DNA of 64,000 nt from assembly GCA_903813345.2 (NCBI GenBank), contig CAIIXF020000001.1, positions 372,001 to 436,000 of the forward strand. The letters are read 5' to 3'. Below, one piece after another: positions 15,201-30,200 of the stretch; position 1 is the first letter of the stretch, and every line of letters starts with the position of its first letter. Source of the stretch: Owenia fusiformis (Eukaryota). The notes below the pieces were generated by a model that saw nothing but the letters and a program-made list of their open reading frames with translations, was not told the origin of the DNA and made no database searches. The position numbers and the translations under genes were made by a program.

Positions 15201-18200
15201 CGTATATGTGAACAATTATTTTGTAGAATTTATTTATAAGATAAATATTTCACATGACTTTCCAAAAAGGAAACGTATTAAGAATTTCGTAGAGAGAATC
15301 TTAAATTTAAATGCTGTGAACAATTGATGCCTTTCAAGTTTCAGATAGGATTACAAATTCGATTAACAATATAGGGATTTATGCAATAAATCGGTTTTAA
15401 TGATTTATGTATGTATGTTTGTGCATTTGCTTTGGTCGCCATCGAATTTTGAATCGATTCAAAATTCCAAATCACATTCCCCGTCTGGGAAAGTCCATAA
15501 ACAGACCGTAGAACGTTGTAGCTACGTTCATTCAATTCGCACACAGTTTAACCGATCGAATCGGCAACGTTTTGAAGAACGCAATGACAACTGGTTCTGG
15601 TGTGATAGCTATTTTTGTTAATTCGTTCATAAGCAGTTTTTAATACGTTCATCTTGTCTTTATTTCGTCTGTGTTACGTTGGTATCAAGTTTAGATCGGG
15701 TTAAATTGTGCGTTCGTAAGCCCGTTTTCGAGATCGTAGTGAGAACTACGGTAGTTTGGTGTGATAGTAGGGTTAACTGTTGGAGGCACATGTTCCAATT
15801 TCTTAAAATTCCTACCAGTTATTCACAATATCTACACCATATTAAAAATTAAAAAAGTTAGCAATGGTTAAAAACGTTGTGTCACAAACTCACTAATGTG
15901 ACTTTTCCTTTAAATTGCGTCATAAATTATAATTTGCTATTATACAGTGTTATTCATCATTTTGCTCAATAAACATATTAATATATGAGCCAGGCCACTG
16001 GAAAAGGGGTCTTATCCCAGATTTTTTCAATATTCTGATTTTTTGTTTATCTTAAAAAGCACAAAGATACCTTTCAAATGAGCCATGGCTTATGTCCTAA
16101 CAATTTTTCCTTGCATATATAGACCAAAAAGTTGGATCTGAATTTAGCACATTTACTCTTAATCGTGGGCACAATTTTAATTTTTGTGATAAAACCGGTT
16201 TTCCTATGGCCAGGCTCATATTACATCTGACATAAACACTGGCATGCATTAGGTAAGTATGGGATGTATAACATGTATGGGTCATTGAGAAAGATTAAGG
16301 GTTATAATTACCTTACAATTTAAGTTTATTGTAATATATGTTACCCCTACCCCTAATTTTGAACTGAGAATAGAACTATGACTCTGAAGGATATTACCTC
16401 AAATTCTATCACAAAATGGTTGTAATTAATAAAACTTTCATTCTATAACTGATATTTCACAAAGTTATATTGGCACGAGGGGAAAGTCTACCCGCGTATA
16501 TACAACCTACCGCCGAGTAAGACACGCATATACCGCCAATCCAATGTTTGGTAAACTACATCTCATAGGAAAATAGACAATAAAGGTAATATTGAACCTA
16601 TATCAATTCCCTTGGATGGTTAGAATCGTTACTAAGATGTTCTCACAGGCGGAATTGGCCTAGAATTATAGTTGAAATATATTTTTATGTACAAATTAAG
16701 AGATAAGTAAAACGTATAATGGTTTTCGGTTTGTTTTCTCATTCATATTCGCTTTAATTGATAACGAGACATACAGAAGACATGCCTGGGTCGGTGAATG
16801 CATGTCATATGCATAATGTATTAAATGTCAAACTATTAGGTCAAAATAGCACTTTTGAACAGCAAAATCTGCACATAAACTTTGTCCTAAAAGATCCGAT
16901 GTTATCGAACATCGGACCCGATGTGATCGATGAGTAATATAATAAAGATCCGAAAATATCTTGAGTAAAGGATCTCAGAATCCGAATATTACTTGAGTAA
17001 AATCTGTTGAGATCCGATGACATCGTCGAGTTTATGACGTGCTGATGATGAAATAGTGTTAGGGTTACTTTTGGGAGTTTTCGAACCTTGGTTTAATTGC
17101 CTTTATAAGAAGGGTTCCTCGTTATTAGTACTATTGTAACATTTTGACTAGGAGTTCCACGATTAATCGAATTAATCTATAAATCGGCTCGTTTTGTAGC
17201 GACCCGAGCGAATCGATCTCGTGGCTATAATATCGCTGATATCGATAATCGTTCTGAAAGAGATTTAAGTCTATTATTGCCTTATTTTGGTCTAAATATG
17301 AAGAAAATCTCCGCCGTCGAACAATTTGTTTACTTTTTTTCTGGATCGATGACATGCCATGACCCGCTGCATATCAAAATACGAGCGTCGCCTTAATTTA
17401 GAATTGTGGTCAATTTTCAAATTACCGCAATTGAGTTGGTTGAGTTGTGTATATTTCAGTCAAATTCGTGCACAGTATTATTTTAATATTGACTTCCTTG
17501 CTTTATGAATCGAATCGTTAGGTAAATATCGAGATTCGAATCGGATCGGTGAAAAATGAATCGTGGGACCCCTAATTTTGACCCAGACTGACACAACAGA
17601 AACTAGGCTATCCACACTGGAGGATAGGAATAGCGCGAAATTGCATTTAAATCAATTATTATCCATATTTATGGATTAAAATGAATATGTTTAAAGTTCC
17701 TAATCTCTACTGGTCAATCTTTTTTCATTTTAGTAGCCGTTCTACTGATATCTTATCTTATTCAAAACTGAGAGCGAATGAGCAAAACGGGTCTTTTAAC
17801 TTTGCATATTTTAGATCATTCAAAATATATAACTTTTTTCATATGTTTACCGTCTTGGTAGATACAAAATAACACGTACCAAAGTCATTGGATTATGGGC
17901 ATAGTCAAATAGAAGTGATGATATTATCAACAATGAAAATTATGGTCATTCGAGTGAAAGCATGAATTCAATGTTTTAAAGAACTTTGCGGGACACAGAC
18001 GTTGACGTATACACCCCGGGTGATCAATATCCTGTGTTCCGAATTTCGTTCCAGCAAGTCAGTGACCCGAGTTGTGTTTTACTGAATCCCGACAAATATG
18101 GCGGCTAATTTGACAACAGACGATGTTGATGTCGACAATTATTCAAAACTTTCTGACAGCATAAGGTAAGACTGAATATAGAGTGGCGCATTCGGTGCCT

Positions 18201-21200
18201 AAATATGTTTGCAACATTTTCTTAGTTGTTTATCCATATGCGTTGGGCATTACTGCTAATCGAAGCATAAGTAAACGTGACCTCATTTTCAACGCTCGCT
18301 GGAAAGTATGTCACCGAGCAGTTTTTGACCTTCTGTTAGTTAATGAGATAAACTGTTATCATGGTATAATTGCTTGGTAGACGTTCAAAGTATGTACCAA
18401 CTCGTGCTTCCAGTGAATGTAAACCATTTCTTTGCATAAGCGTCCTAGAAGGCATAATAAGATATATTCCATAGTACCGAGTAGGAATCGCCAGTGTTCC
18501 GACGCACTTCATGGATAAATGCTTATAGACTATTGAATCATAATGAACAGAAGCAGTGTATACTCACGTGTGATATCTTAATTTATCAAAAATAAGAATT
18601 GAATGCATTTGATAATATTGATACTTTGCCAACTTGACTGATTTTTTTCTAGTCTGAGTAATTAATAAATGAGTAGTGGATTTGATTAATTGAGGATTTC
18701 CCATGTTAAAATATGTGAAAATTGTCAAGAGGCCACACACATCAGAGGATGAGAGTACAATACAACATGTGTAAATTATGAGACTATGTTGCAACACCTT
18801 CAAACAATGGTCATTTCACAATCCACATTGCACATACTGTAGCAGGCATTTTTATGATATATTTTAACATTGTCACAAAAACCAGGGATTGACAAAAAAT
18901 ATAGCATATCATATAGCAGGTATATGCCAGGTATTGTAAGATATTTCAACGTTGTCACTGTTAGAGTAGGCATTACAATTTACCCATAAAAATATAATAA
19001 TATTGACAACAGGCTAAAAAGTCTTCACTTAGTAAGCCATAAATGTCACATAAAGGCGACGGTCACACCAGGCTTTCACGATAGCATTGCTAAGGTAATG
19101 GCAGGATCCATGCATAATTTATTAAATCAGGCCCGCAGATAGGAGGGGGGGGGGGGCCCTGGTCAGAAATTCTCTCAAAAACTTGCAGTTTTTCACCATT
19201 CTGAGCACTTTTCACATGATTTTTTTGCCAAAACAACAGATGCCAGCCAGATCATAGTTATAGTAGAAGGCTAGGCTCAAATAAACCTCAAATTGAGGTA
19301 TTATCATTGAGATACTGATACTATACATACGATCGTGCTATCAAAACTGTCAAAAAGCCCCCCCCCTTGGCAAAAACTCCACCCTTGGTAAAACCGCTAA
19401 TCATGTGAAAAGTTCAATTTTTTTTAATAGTTATATTCCTTCTATAAAGTGGGTACACTTTTTGGGACACCCTGTATTTGCAGTTCAATGCCAATGTGGA
19501 AATCAATATACAGGGAAATTCGATCTTGAATTTGTAAAATAATAACAAGAAAGGTAGCACCAAATTAGCTTGATGTATTCATGAATGGATTCTCAAAAGT
19601 ATACAAAATATATATAATCTTATTCTGTAGCTTCGGGACAATGACTATTCCTATTCGGTAGAATGGAATATATCTTTCAACGACTTCCAAGACGCTTATG
19701 AAAGATAATAGCTTGGATTCAAACATAGCACAAGTTGAGACATACTAATAAGGTATACTTTACAGTTATACAATGCTCAGAGTATCCATCATTACTTACA
19801 GAAGGCAAAGAACGACTCGCTGGTATCGTTTTCTGCGAGCTTTTCGAACTGGGTCATGTTGGTTTTATGCTTCGATTTGCATTAATAGCCTACATATATG
19901 GATAATCGTTTAGGAACATGTTGAAAACATATTCCAGCACCGAATGCATTACTCCATATTCATTCTTACCTTATGCTATCTGATTTGTTTGACACATTTT
20001 CGTCACCTGGCTCGTCCAGTGGCGAACGAGACGCCATATTTATCGGGATTCAGTAAAAACACAACTCGGGTCACTGACTTGCTGGAACGAAATTCGGAAC
20101 ACAGGATATTGGTCACCCGGGGTGGTATAGTGCTGCGGGAATTATATCATATTAACAGGACACTCTTAAAAATGAATTACTTGAGTATTTCCCAAGTATT
20201 TCCCAAGTATAAATATTACTTAAAGTTAAATACATAGTTTTACTTCATTTTACTTAGGTTTAACTTATATTGTCATTTTGAGTTTTTTAATTGCTTAATT
20301 ATGTAAATGAGTATTACAATTACTACAGTAAGTATTTCAATTTCTCTCCTTGCATTAGTAAATTCACCATAAATGAATTACTTAAAAATTATTCAGTAGT
20401 TCAAGATTATTACTTAAAGTGCTAATTCGGTAATTTCTGTTTACTTTTTCTCACTACAATAGATTAAACAGATATTGGTAAGTAAAAAATAGTATTCCAA
20501 CAGACTCTCAACTCATTCCGTTTGTTCATTAGAGGCAAAATAAGATTTCCCGGGAAAAAACATGACGTCACGAACAGGCCGGGCGCGGTACTGAAAATCG
20601 GAGCAAAGGTACTGAAAATCGGAGCAAATGTGACCACGGCATTATGCAACTATGGTGCCAAGTTAATAATATTGTGTTCTGATTGGCCAGAAAGGAGTAA
20701 CGCTTACCGAAATCACCTCATGGTTAAATGCCTGGCCAGAACGTAATTCTACATGACTAGCTTTGTGAAAACGCATCACAGGGTCGGGAGATCTAATTGA
20801 GGTATTCTATTTTTCGCTCATCGGAGGAAAAATCGTGGCTCCAAAGTATTCAAAGTTGAATCATTTCCGCACTGCATTGAATGCAGTTGCAATCAATTAC
20901 ACTAACACTTTATAAGCACGTTTGGAGATTATGAACTCCAACAACATATTCAAAACCCGTTCTGTTCGTGATGTCATGATTGGCATTTGACATTGTGTTC
21001 CCGATTTTGAACATCAAATTTCACATTTATAAAAATATTTACAAGAACGGTACCTGGTTTGACATGTTGGTGGTATTTACTTCATTTAGAACGTGTATAA
21101 ACTGTATTTTGGCCCCATGAGCATCGCACAGACACTTTAAAATGAGTAGTACAATTTCTCAATATAAGGAAATCCAAGTAATAATTTTTAAGAGTGGAAT

Positions 21201-24200
21201 TTTTGTGATATACTTCATGTTATTATATGATCATCAACATAAATGTATAAATGATGTAAATTACTACCACTTTTGTAAAAAGCAACAAAACAAACTTCGA
21301 TTGAAATTTTTATACAACTTGTTAACATGTAATTACGCTATAAAATGCTCCATGAATAATGGGAAAATAACGATATAATAATGATAATCATTTTCAACTT
21401 TCACCGGTGATTTCAATGATATGCAACGTATGACAGTAAAACAAATGTAATATATTTGCACCTATGGTATATTTGAATCAAATGGAGTAAATAAAGCCAT
21501 GATTCTTACTTATTTAAGATGTAAAACATCATATTTAGAAGTTGAATTTAGCGATTTGATAGTAAATATTGCATAAAGTACTCATTATTCTGCAAACATG
21601 AGTGCATGGAACAACAACTATATCTGTTACAAATTATTCTGTGTTTTATCTATTTCACATATTGAGAAATTCAATATATAAACAGGAGTTTATTAACCTA
21701 ACCCCTACATTTTCAGGCATCTTCGAGTGTTTGCTCGGCGGTAGGTTGTATATACGCGGGTAGACTTTCCCCTCGTGATTGGATTGAAGACTTTTTAAAA
21801 TGGTGTATTCCTGTATATGTAACTAACAATTTAACTTCATGTCTCAGAAGGGCCCCTTCTTGAGCACATTGCTGGGTATAGGATTTCTAAAAATGACGTC
21901 AATTTATGGTAAAAAGTCACACTCACGATTTTGGGAGTTGTTATATTCAATCCTTTCTAACTTTTACCATTTTTATGAAATTCTTTGGAATTTACTCCAT
22001 TTTGGTCAAAGTATTCATACATTATACCTCTGAAAGTTTGGTGTGATAATAACGCAAAATAAAAAAGATATGATTGGTAAAGGACAGCGTACCTTTTTTT
22101 CTTTACAGACGGTACCTGTATTGAATTGTATAAATAAACTGTCCCTTTTAGCCCAACATCAGAATCTTGTTTTTACGTATGTCAACATGTCCCAATGTCA
22201 AGAAATAAGATATTAATTTATGTACATGTCACGTTTGAAAGAACCCATGCTACCTCTGTAGCAGTGAGCGACAAGCGAAACAAATTGGAAAAGATAACCA
22301 ATATGTTTATTTCATTATTTTGACAAAAGCAATTCTTTAATCGCCATACTTTATTACAAGATTATAAGAAGTATGGTTTGGAGTGAAGACCATTGGGTGA
22401 ATTATATTAAAAAAATACCTTAATTACCTTTGTCATAGGTGTGTTTTCAATGTGTCGTGTATATGGATTCCGTAATATATCAAAGGCAGTCAGTTATGAC
22501 ACTAGCGACATCATTATATTTTCATTAATTAATCACGTTGCGATGACACCTTATACCATGTACATGCTCACTGGTTCGGATCAGTTGTATTTCATTACAC
22601 TTATGTTTCATTGAGAAACTTGTGAATTTGCTCAATATGAAAATGGTATTTTCTATTGTGGCCAAGGTCAAAAATGAAATTGCCGTACCGTGTGAATCTT
22701 TTCTTAAACATTTAGATCGCATTGGCCCAGCGAAACCATTTTTGTGATAATTTATAGGAACCAAATCAAATTGTGAAAAGTGATTATTTCAATCTAGTTT
22801 ATGAGGAGATTAAATTAAACATGAACATTTTCTGTTCCTCACCTTGTAAGCTGTTGTAAATAGTTACACCAGTTCTTGGTGGCGACATAAAAATGAGAAA
22901 CTATGAGGGCAGCGTGAAAACAGGATTGCGAGACAGAAAATAAATCAATTATTACGACGTCTTTGTAACAGTATAGCGTTGTGATATTGTTTCATGCTCC
23001 ATATTTGCAACAGTTGCATTTCAGGTGGTCACTAATAATAAGTTGAACAATCTTTGAGGAAGCTTTTGTTCAACAACATTCATTATTTCCTCAATTGTAT
23101 GAAAACAATTCCCTTGCAAAATTACAATAATACAATTTTATTGTTTCGTATAATTCGACAGAGATAATAAACAGTAAATAAGCGACTGAAATAAAAGTTT
23201 TACATTTCAGAATTTTCAGCTTGCTGCTTTCGAGAAACAACAAAATTGACGATGTCGTGTTACAAAAATCTTCAATCTGAATTTCTCTCATTTTAATCTA
23301 AATGTTCTCTTATAGATTTAAATGCACCCTGGATGATAAAAGAGAAATCCCAATTGAGTTGAAATCGGCTACTGTTCACGAGTGCCATTCCTAATGAAGG
23401 AAATGTCATTTGCGATGTTCCTTTTCTGCTTCCTTTAGTTAGGCTTTGACTAATTGTCTCTACTGGTCTAAATCGAAAATGCTCTGGTATTGACAGTTTC
23501 TAATTTGTGACTATTCGAATTTCAGACACGTGATTTATCCTAATTAAGTAATATATTAAGAAACAGTAATTAGGATAGAAACCCCAGAAGTTGAATAACA
23601 TATAAGGTGTTCATTGGCAGTAATTGGCTGTAATATCAACCATTTTGGCAAAATTGTTGGTTTCATATAACATTTTTGTTGTCTATATTGTTACAGGCTC
23701 CTCTAATGAAACTAATTACGTCGAAACGCTGATTAGCGGAGAGGACACGGTGTGTAAAAGCGAAGAGTTGGAATGTGACGATCTATGTCTTGGTCCCTCA
23801 AAGATATGCAATGGTGTTAGCGAATGTTTTAGTGGAGTCGACGAGAACTGTGGTGAGTGAGAATTGGGCATAAATGGACTTCATGATTATCAGTTTTATC
23901 CACCCAAAATATTAAAATTGGTAGAGCGTGCAATTTTTCTAAAAAGGGCTCATACTAGAAGAATAACTTGTCATACGTTGGCAATCTTTGAAGTTAATCG
24001 CTAAAATTTTTTAACGTTTTTGCATTTATTTATGCATTGATCCAAATAGTATCATCACATATACACGTACAAGTAGACACGTCAAGAAGAAATGTCTGTG
24101 GTACCGAAACACCATGATTTCACAGTAAGCAGATGATACTACCTTATTTAAAAACCAATCTTTCTGTTGAAATTGTTCTTAAGATTTTAGATGGTTTGGG

Positions 24201-27200
24201 TAAAGTCGCTGGATTAGTTATGAATAAAACAAAAACTGAAACAATTTACAAAGGAAATAACACACAAAACAGAGATATGAATTTTGCTGGCCTTAACTGG
24301 GAAAAATGATCCATTCAAAGTCCTGGAAGCATTCGGAAAAAATGGAAAGATCATATTCATGGAAAGATCACAATTGTAAAAACGTATGCCTTTCCACAAC
24401 TACTTATTTAGCTACCATGCCACATATAATAAATATACTCTTAGATTTAGAGAAACTAACGTACAACTTTATATTGGATAAAAAACCTGATAAGGTTAAA
24501 AGGAAAACATTAATTGGAAATTATTTTCAAAGAGATTACAAAATGACTTGAAAGCAAATCACTAGCCTCTTATGTAATTAGTTCAAACGCTCATAGAAAT
24601 GGAGAGTGGATATTAACATTTTCAAAACCCTTCTTGGACTGTAATAACAATATGCAAAATAATGAATTTTATTGAACATTTGCATATCAATCGACAAAAG
24701 AAACAAAGCTGATTATAGTTGAGTGGAAGAATATAGATGAAAGTATATATATATTTTTTCAAATTATATTGTTACCATTCAAAAGATGACCATCGATGTG
24801 TTGAATTTTAAGATTTTTTATGACTGGTTTAAGAGAAACGTGTGTTTCAAAAAGTTCACCATATCGATACCACTCCTTTGAAATAACGCCTAATGGAATT
24901 ATTCTCGAGAAACTCGGGGCAGCCACCTACGTTTACGTTAACAGAGAAGACCGCACACATTTCACTCTGTATAGATCAAAATCAAAAAAAGATTTTAGGT
25001 TTATCAGACCAAATTCCGCATTTTGAAACACACCCATGAATCTGGCACTCATATGCACGCGTACATATACCGTTTTCAAATTAAAGCATCTGGTAGTGCA
25101 TAATGAAGTTCTCAATAAAAATTAAATGTTTTTTTTCCAAAAAACCCTATGTTCAAAGTTAGAAACAAATAAGAAGGGTTGCAAATATTCCCAAAATCTG
25201 CAAGTGAATATAGGTATGCTAGGATCATAAATGAAATTAATCTTCGGCTCACACTGAAAACAGTAGATGATGACTCACAGATGACTTATAGGGTTAGAGG
25301 CGTAAACAAGGAAAGTGGATGTGTTATTCTTTAAAGGTTTGACTAGCTGGGGAACACTCCATTTCCATTTCTCCATTTCCGATAAGGTGAGGTCACCATC
25401 TTTACTGAAATGATCAATTTTATTCTGTAGCAATGTAAACAAATCCAGCGCGACGGAATGATCACATGGAAGAGGTATATATGCATTGAACAATGATTAA
25501 CGTGATAACTTGGCCTGATGGTATTGGATTATGACTGAATAATCGTAATACTTGTGAACTGATTTTCGAAACACATTTTAAGACAGTGATGCATTTGGAC
25601 AACCCCTTTACACCTGCTAATATGGACGTTTTTAAGAGAAGGTGAATGTCTAAAATTATGATTCTCCTGAGATTTTTGTAGTTTAACGGTGTAAGAAAAA
25701 TAGTTATAAGTAGGTCCATTAAAAACAAATGAGAAAGGGTGGGGAATTGAGGGGGAGGGGGGGGGGTTAATTCCAAAGGGGTCATGATATCAGGAACATA
25801 CTGAACCGTTGTTAGTTATACCTGATTTCTGAAACGCACTAAAATGCCATATAAACAACGAAATTGTAATTTCCTTTAATACGTAGATCACTGGGGATGA
25901 ACTGGAAACGAGGGAGGTTTTGCCTCGTATCAAAATGGCGGCGCGTGAAAAAATTTCATTCTGTAAGATTTTTGTTTTTTACAATTTTCGTGCTTTTATC
26001 CTTCAAATTAAAACTTAATATTTGGCAAGTAAATAGTTTATAAGTTCCGGTTTTATAATATGATTGCAAATTAGAAATCAATACAGACATTGCTGAGATA
26101 TTTACATTTCAATTCTCTCACTTAGGAAACGAGGCACCTGTCTACATTTTGTAACAATGAAACGAGGCAATGTTTGACTTGCAACGAGGCAACTATTATT
26201 TCTGTGATAGTGTCTACATTTAATGATCTTATTTCCACCGTTCTGGTCACATACGACCGATTACGTTTTACACGATATACTTAGGTGGTTCAAAAAGTTT
26301 TGCATTTGATGTCATAACTTCAAGGACAATAGTATTATTGCAATGAAACTTGGTACACATATGTGTTATATATTTATACATTATATGGTAAAATTTTGGA
26401 CCTCAATTTTGATTGGTTCTTGAGATATGGTTGCTATGGTAACCAGAGTGGTGGGTACCATGTTCAACCCGAAATTACGTTTTTCCAAACAGTTTTCTTG
26501 CTTGAATAAACTCTTTGTAAAATGGCAATTAGCAGGTGTAAGTGTCTTTGGGTGGCTATTTTTCTTCAAATTCTTCAATTTTTCTAATTGTCTCTATGCC
26601 ATCACAATAGACAAGTGACACGATAAGTTCCTTTGTGATGTATACTGTCCAAAACGCCGAAAAAAACGTACGCATTTCGTTCGGACTTTTCACGCGAATT
26701 TCGTACCTAAATATTTCGAAAACGTTAAATAGCATTGTTTTGAGTGTCAATTCCAATAAACGAGCCAGCTATCCGAGCTATCAATGGTAGCGCATATATC
26801 GTCAAAATGTTCTCTCAAATAAGAAAAATCTCGTTCAAAGAAGTGCTATTTTAATAGGGAGCTTAAGCTACACGTATTTTAGAAATGGCGAACGTAAACG
26901 TGAAATGACCCCTGGGAACTATAGTTCCGTTCTGGATTGACTTATACAAAGACCCAATTAAAACAGTTTAACTGATACCTTTGTAATCATTCATGCAAAT
27001 AAAGACGTTGAAGACAAGAACTAGTTCTCTGAAGATTGCAATTTTACACGTTTACGTACACTTCTCTTTAAAACATGTGTCGTTAAACCTCCCTACTAAT
27101 CGTACGCAAATGGGGCATTGTTGTTGCTCGAGATGGCTATATTTGATAGAATATAATTCCAGATACGATAAAAAAATATGACCATGGTAATAATTAAATG

Positions 27201-30200
27201 ACTCGCCTATATTCGCCTGATATTACAAAAATAGCAGAGTCAAGGAGCACACTGGCATTGTCTCATTGGTGTACATTGGATTTTACTGTTTGTATTCTTT
27301 AATGTCTGTATGTTCCTTATTATGTCACTATCAATTATGTTATTCTGCATATAGTCCAACGAAATGTGGAAATGTTCGGCGTCTGACGTCTGGAGTTCGG
27401 CGTCTGGCGTTTTGCGTCAATAGCAAATTCTTTAGCAATTTTAGCAACTTTCAAAAACTGGACAAATGCGTACCGCTTAGACTGACATCATATTTTACTG
27501 TGAACATTATTATAAACTTATTATGACTTTCAAGTATTTCTTAGAACATATGTAACCATGGTAGCAGATAAATGGACTTATTTGTTATTACTAAGTTACA
27601 ACACGTGTCATATGTTAATGCCTTGTATTTTCTTAAATGCTAGAAATGGTAATGCATTTGTAAATGAAATATTCATAAATTTTCTAGATTATAAGACATA
27701 TGAAAAATGTTAATGGTCGATGGCATAAATATTATGATGTCGCTATCGTGAATTAAAATAAATGATGTTTCAAGGTAGAATAAAAGCAAGCTTTGTTCAC
27801 AACTGTCTATATCTGCTTCCCTATTCAACATAACATTTTTGCTTTTTAGGAAGCTTCAACATAACAATATCAGCAACGTTGTCGTTTCCTGTTACAGAAA
27901 TAGCATTTGAACAGGGATGCTTCTTTTTGTAGGCCCCGTTCTGTAATAAAAAAAAACATTTTTAATTAAATATGGTTGCCTCGTTTCATTCTTAAGAATG
28001 CTATATAGCTGCCTCGTTTCCTTGAGAAACATGCCTCGTTTCCTAAGTGAGAGAATTGATATGTAAATATCTCAGCAATGCCAGTATTGATTTCTAATTT
28101 GTAATCATATTATAAAACCGGAACTTATGAACTATTTACTTGCCAAATATTAAGTTTTAATTTGAAGGATAAAAGCACGAAAATTGTAAAAAACAAAAAT
28201 CTTACCGAATGAAATTTTTTCACGCGCCGCCATTTTGATACGAGGCAAAACCTCCCTCGTTTCCAGTTCATCCCCAGTGTAGATGTTCCCATTAAATTGC
28301 TAAGACCTCAACATAAACAATAGACACACGTATTACTGATCACAATGATGTATTGCAAGAGTAACGTGAACAGAACCGGCAAAGGGAGATAAATCTTAAT
28401 GTTATTGGGGAGTTCTATAAAACTTGACAGACACAATTAAAGGGAAAACATAACATCCTTCTAGTTAGTACAATGTGCTACTTATCGTTTAGTTATAACT
28501 CATAATTAAACGCCACTGAGTTGAAGATCTTAATACCAAATGGATCATTTGCTTTTATTACATTTTAACAACGTTGTATATATCCGACAATAATAAAAAG
28601 ACAGTGTTTTATAACAAAAATAAACCAATGTATTGAATTCATGGTCATTTTGATCTTATTGTTTAGTTAAAGCAAGGGCTCATTTAATACCCGGGGCTTA
28701 GTTGTGTACCAAACAAAACTAGAAACGGCACGACATCCGGGGCTTTGTTTGCAGGTCTTCATTAGACAATGGTGTATAGAGGGGTAGGTTTTCTCAGACC
28801 TAAGTACCTTTTTCTGTACCGTTTTGCGGTTATTTTACTCTATTTAGCATTGGAATCTGTTCCCATCATGAGCTACATAATTGATTAACTTAAATATATG
28901 ACATGTAAAAACGGCTTGATACGAACAGAATAAACAGGGAAATGTAATTTAAGTGGCGATTGTGTTTTCTGTTAATGTGTGTCACCCTGCTTCGGAAATC
29001 CCCCATAACAGTCTATGGCTCACGTGATTATGCAAGTGAGAAAACCCCATTGGTTTCCAGGTGGTACAATCATATCTGAAGCGGACAATCTTCGTTTTAA
29101 CTGTTGTTTCTGAATGGTTCGTGACCGAAATTCACTTAACTATAGAAAATATGTTACGTTGTAAGGAAATAGATAGTTTTTACTTACCAATCATCAACAT
29201 GTGCTGACATATTCAGCTCTGGACTTTATGTCCAGGGGGTAACACACATAGTTAGAAAATATTTTAAGTTCTCACACGCTTATGTTTAATCCACGCCTAA
29301 CCACCGTCTCAATACAGCGTCAAAAAATAGCGGAGTACAGTTTTCTGTACGGTTACGCAAATTGACTGCTTTGAAGCAAAAACTATGGCAAAGGTTTTAA
29401 AAAATTAATTTGATGAAAACAAATACGATTTCATGTGAAATAAAAACAGGATTCTCTTAGAAATGGTTTTAACTTTCTAAACATAATAAAAGTTTTACGA
29501 GCACTGTCAGGATTTTTTCTGAGTGAATCGGCCCACATAATCGACCAAGGTGAAAAAAGTTGATTTTTCCTACCGTCTGAGAGTATGGATTATTTTTATG
29601 AGAATATGTATTTGTTACTTACACATTTTAGAACGGGCGAAGATTCAGCAAATAACCATTCAATGAGTGTATTCAAAAATGATCAGATTTGTGCGGCGAC
29701 GCATCAGCTGTACGGTGACGCTTAACGGAAGGTTAATGGAAATGTATGATATGGTAAGGATCATGAAACCCAAAACTCAGTATATTTGTTGCTATGTTAT
29801 TGATGTTTTTCAACAAGTGATGTCACAACTAAATCTCATCTTGCACGTGTGACTTTTTAGGACCCCAAGTCAAGTCAACTTGACTAGGGGTTGACTTGAC
29901 TTGGGCTGAGTTGACTTGGGGTTGAGTTGACCAGGAAGCACTTTTTAGGATGAAAGATGCAATATCTTGCATGGGGTGAAGATGGCTCTAGGCTACCTTT
30001 GTTAGTCATATGAGAAAAGCTTGGTTTAGTTCAAATGATATCAAAAGCATTACGTCAACTTTCAAATAATTAATTCCATGAAAACTGAAAATATCGAAAT
30101 AAATACTTCCTGTCCGCCATCTTAAATGCGAAGGTGACGGCCGTAACCTTCGCTTGATACTTACCAGTGATAATGTACATGTAGATCTGACACTTCTTTA

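Larger units (their letters stand above)
16474..21777. mobile_element. 5.3-kb non-autonomous DNA transposon, CAC...GTG ends, ~45-bp TIR, 5-bp TSD ATTGG; carries nested elements
   Basis: ATTGG|CACGAGGGGGAAAGTCTACCCGCG...CGCGGGTAGACTTTCCCCTCGTG|ATTGG. Confidence 0.85.

Noticed and set aside
25275-25785. Minus-strand ORFs faintly resembling a LINE APE endonuclease (AYIP...[11 protein letters not shown])
   Set aside because: No catalytic GDFN or SDH motif is visible; too decayed to call without a search.
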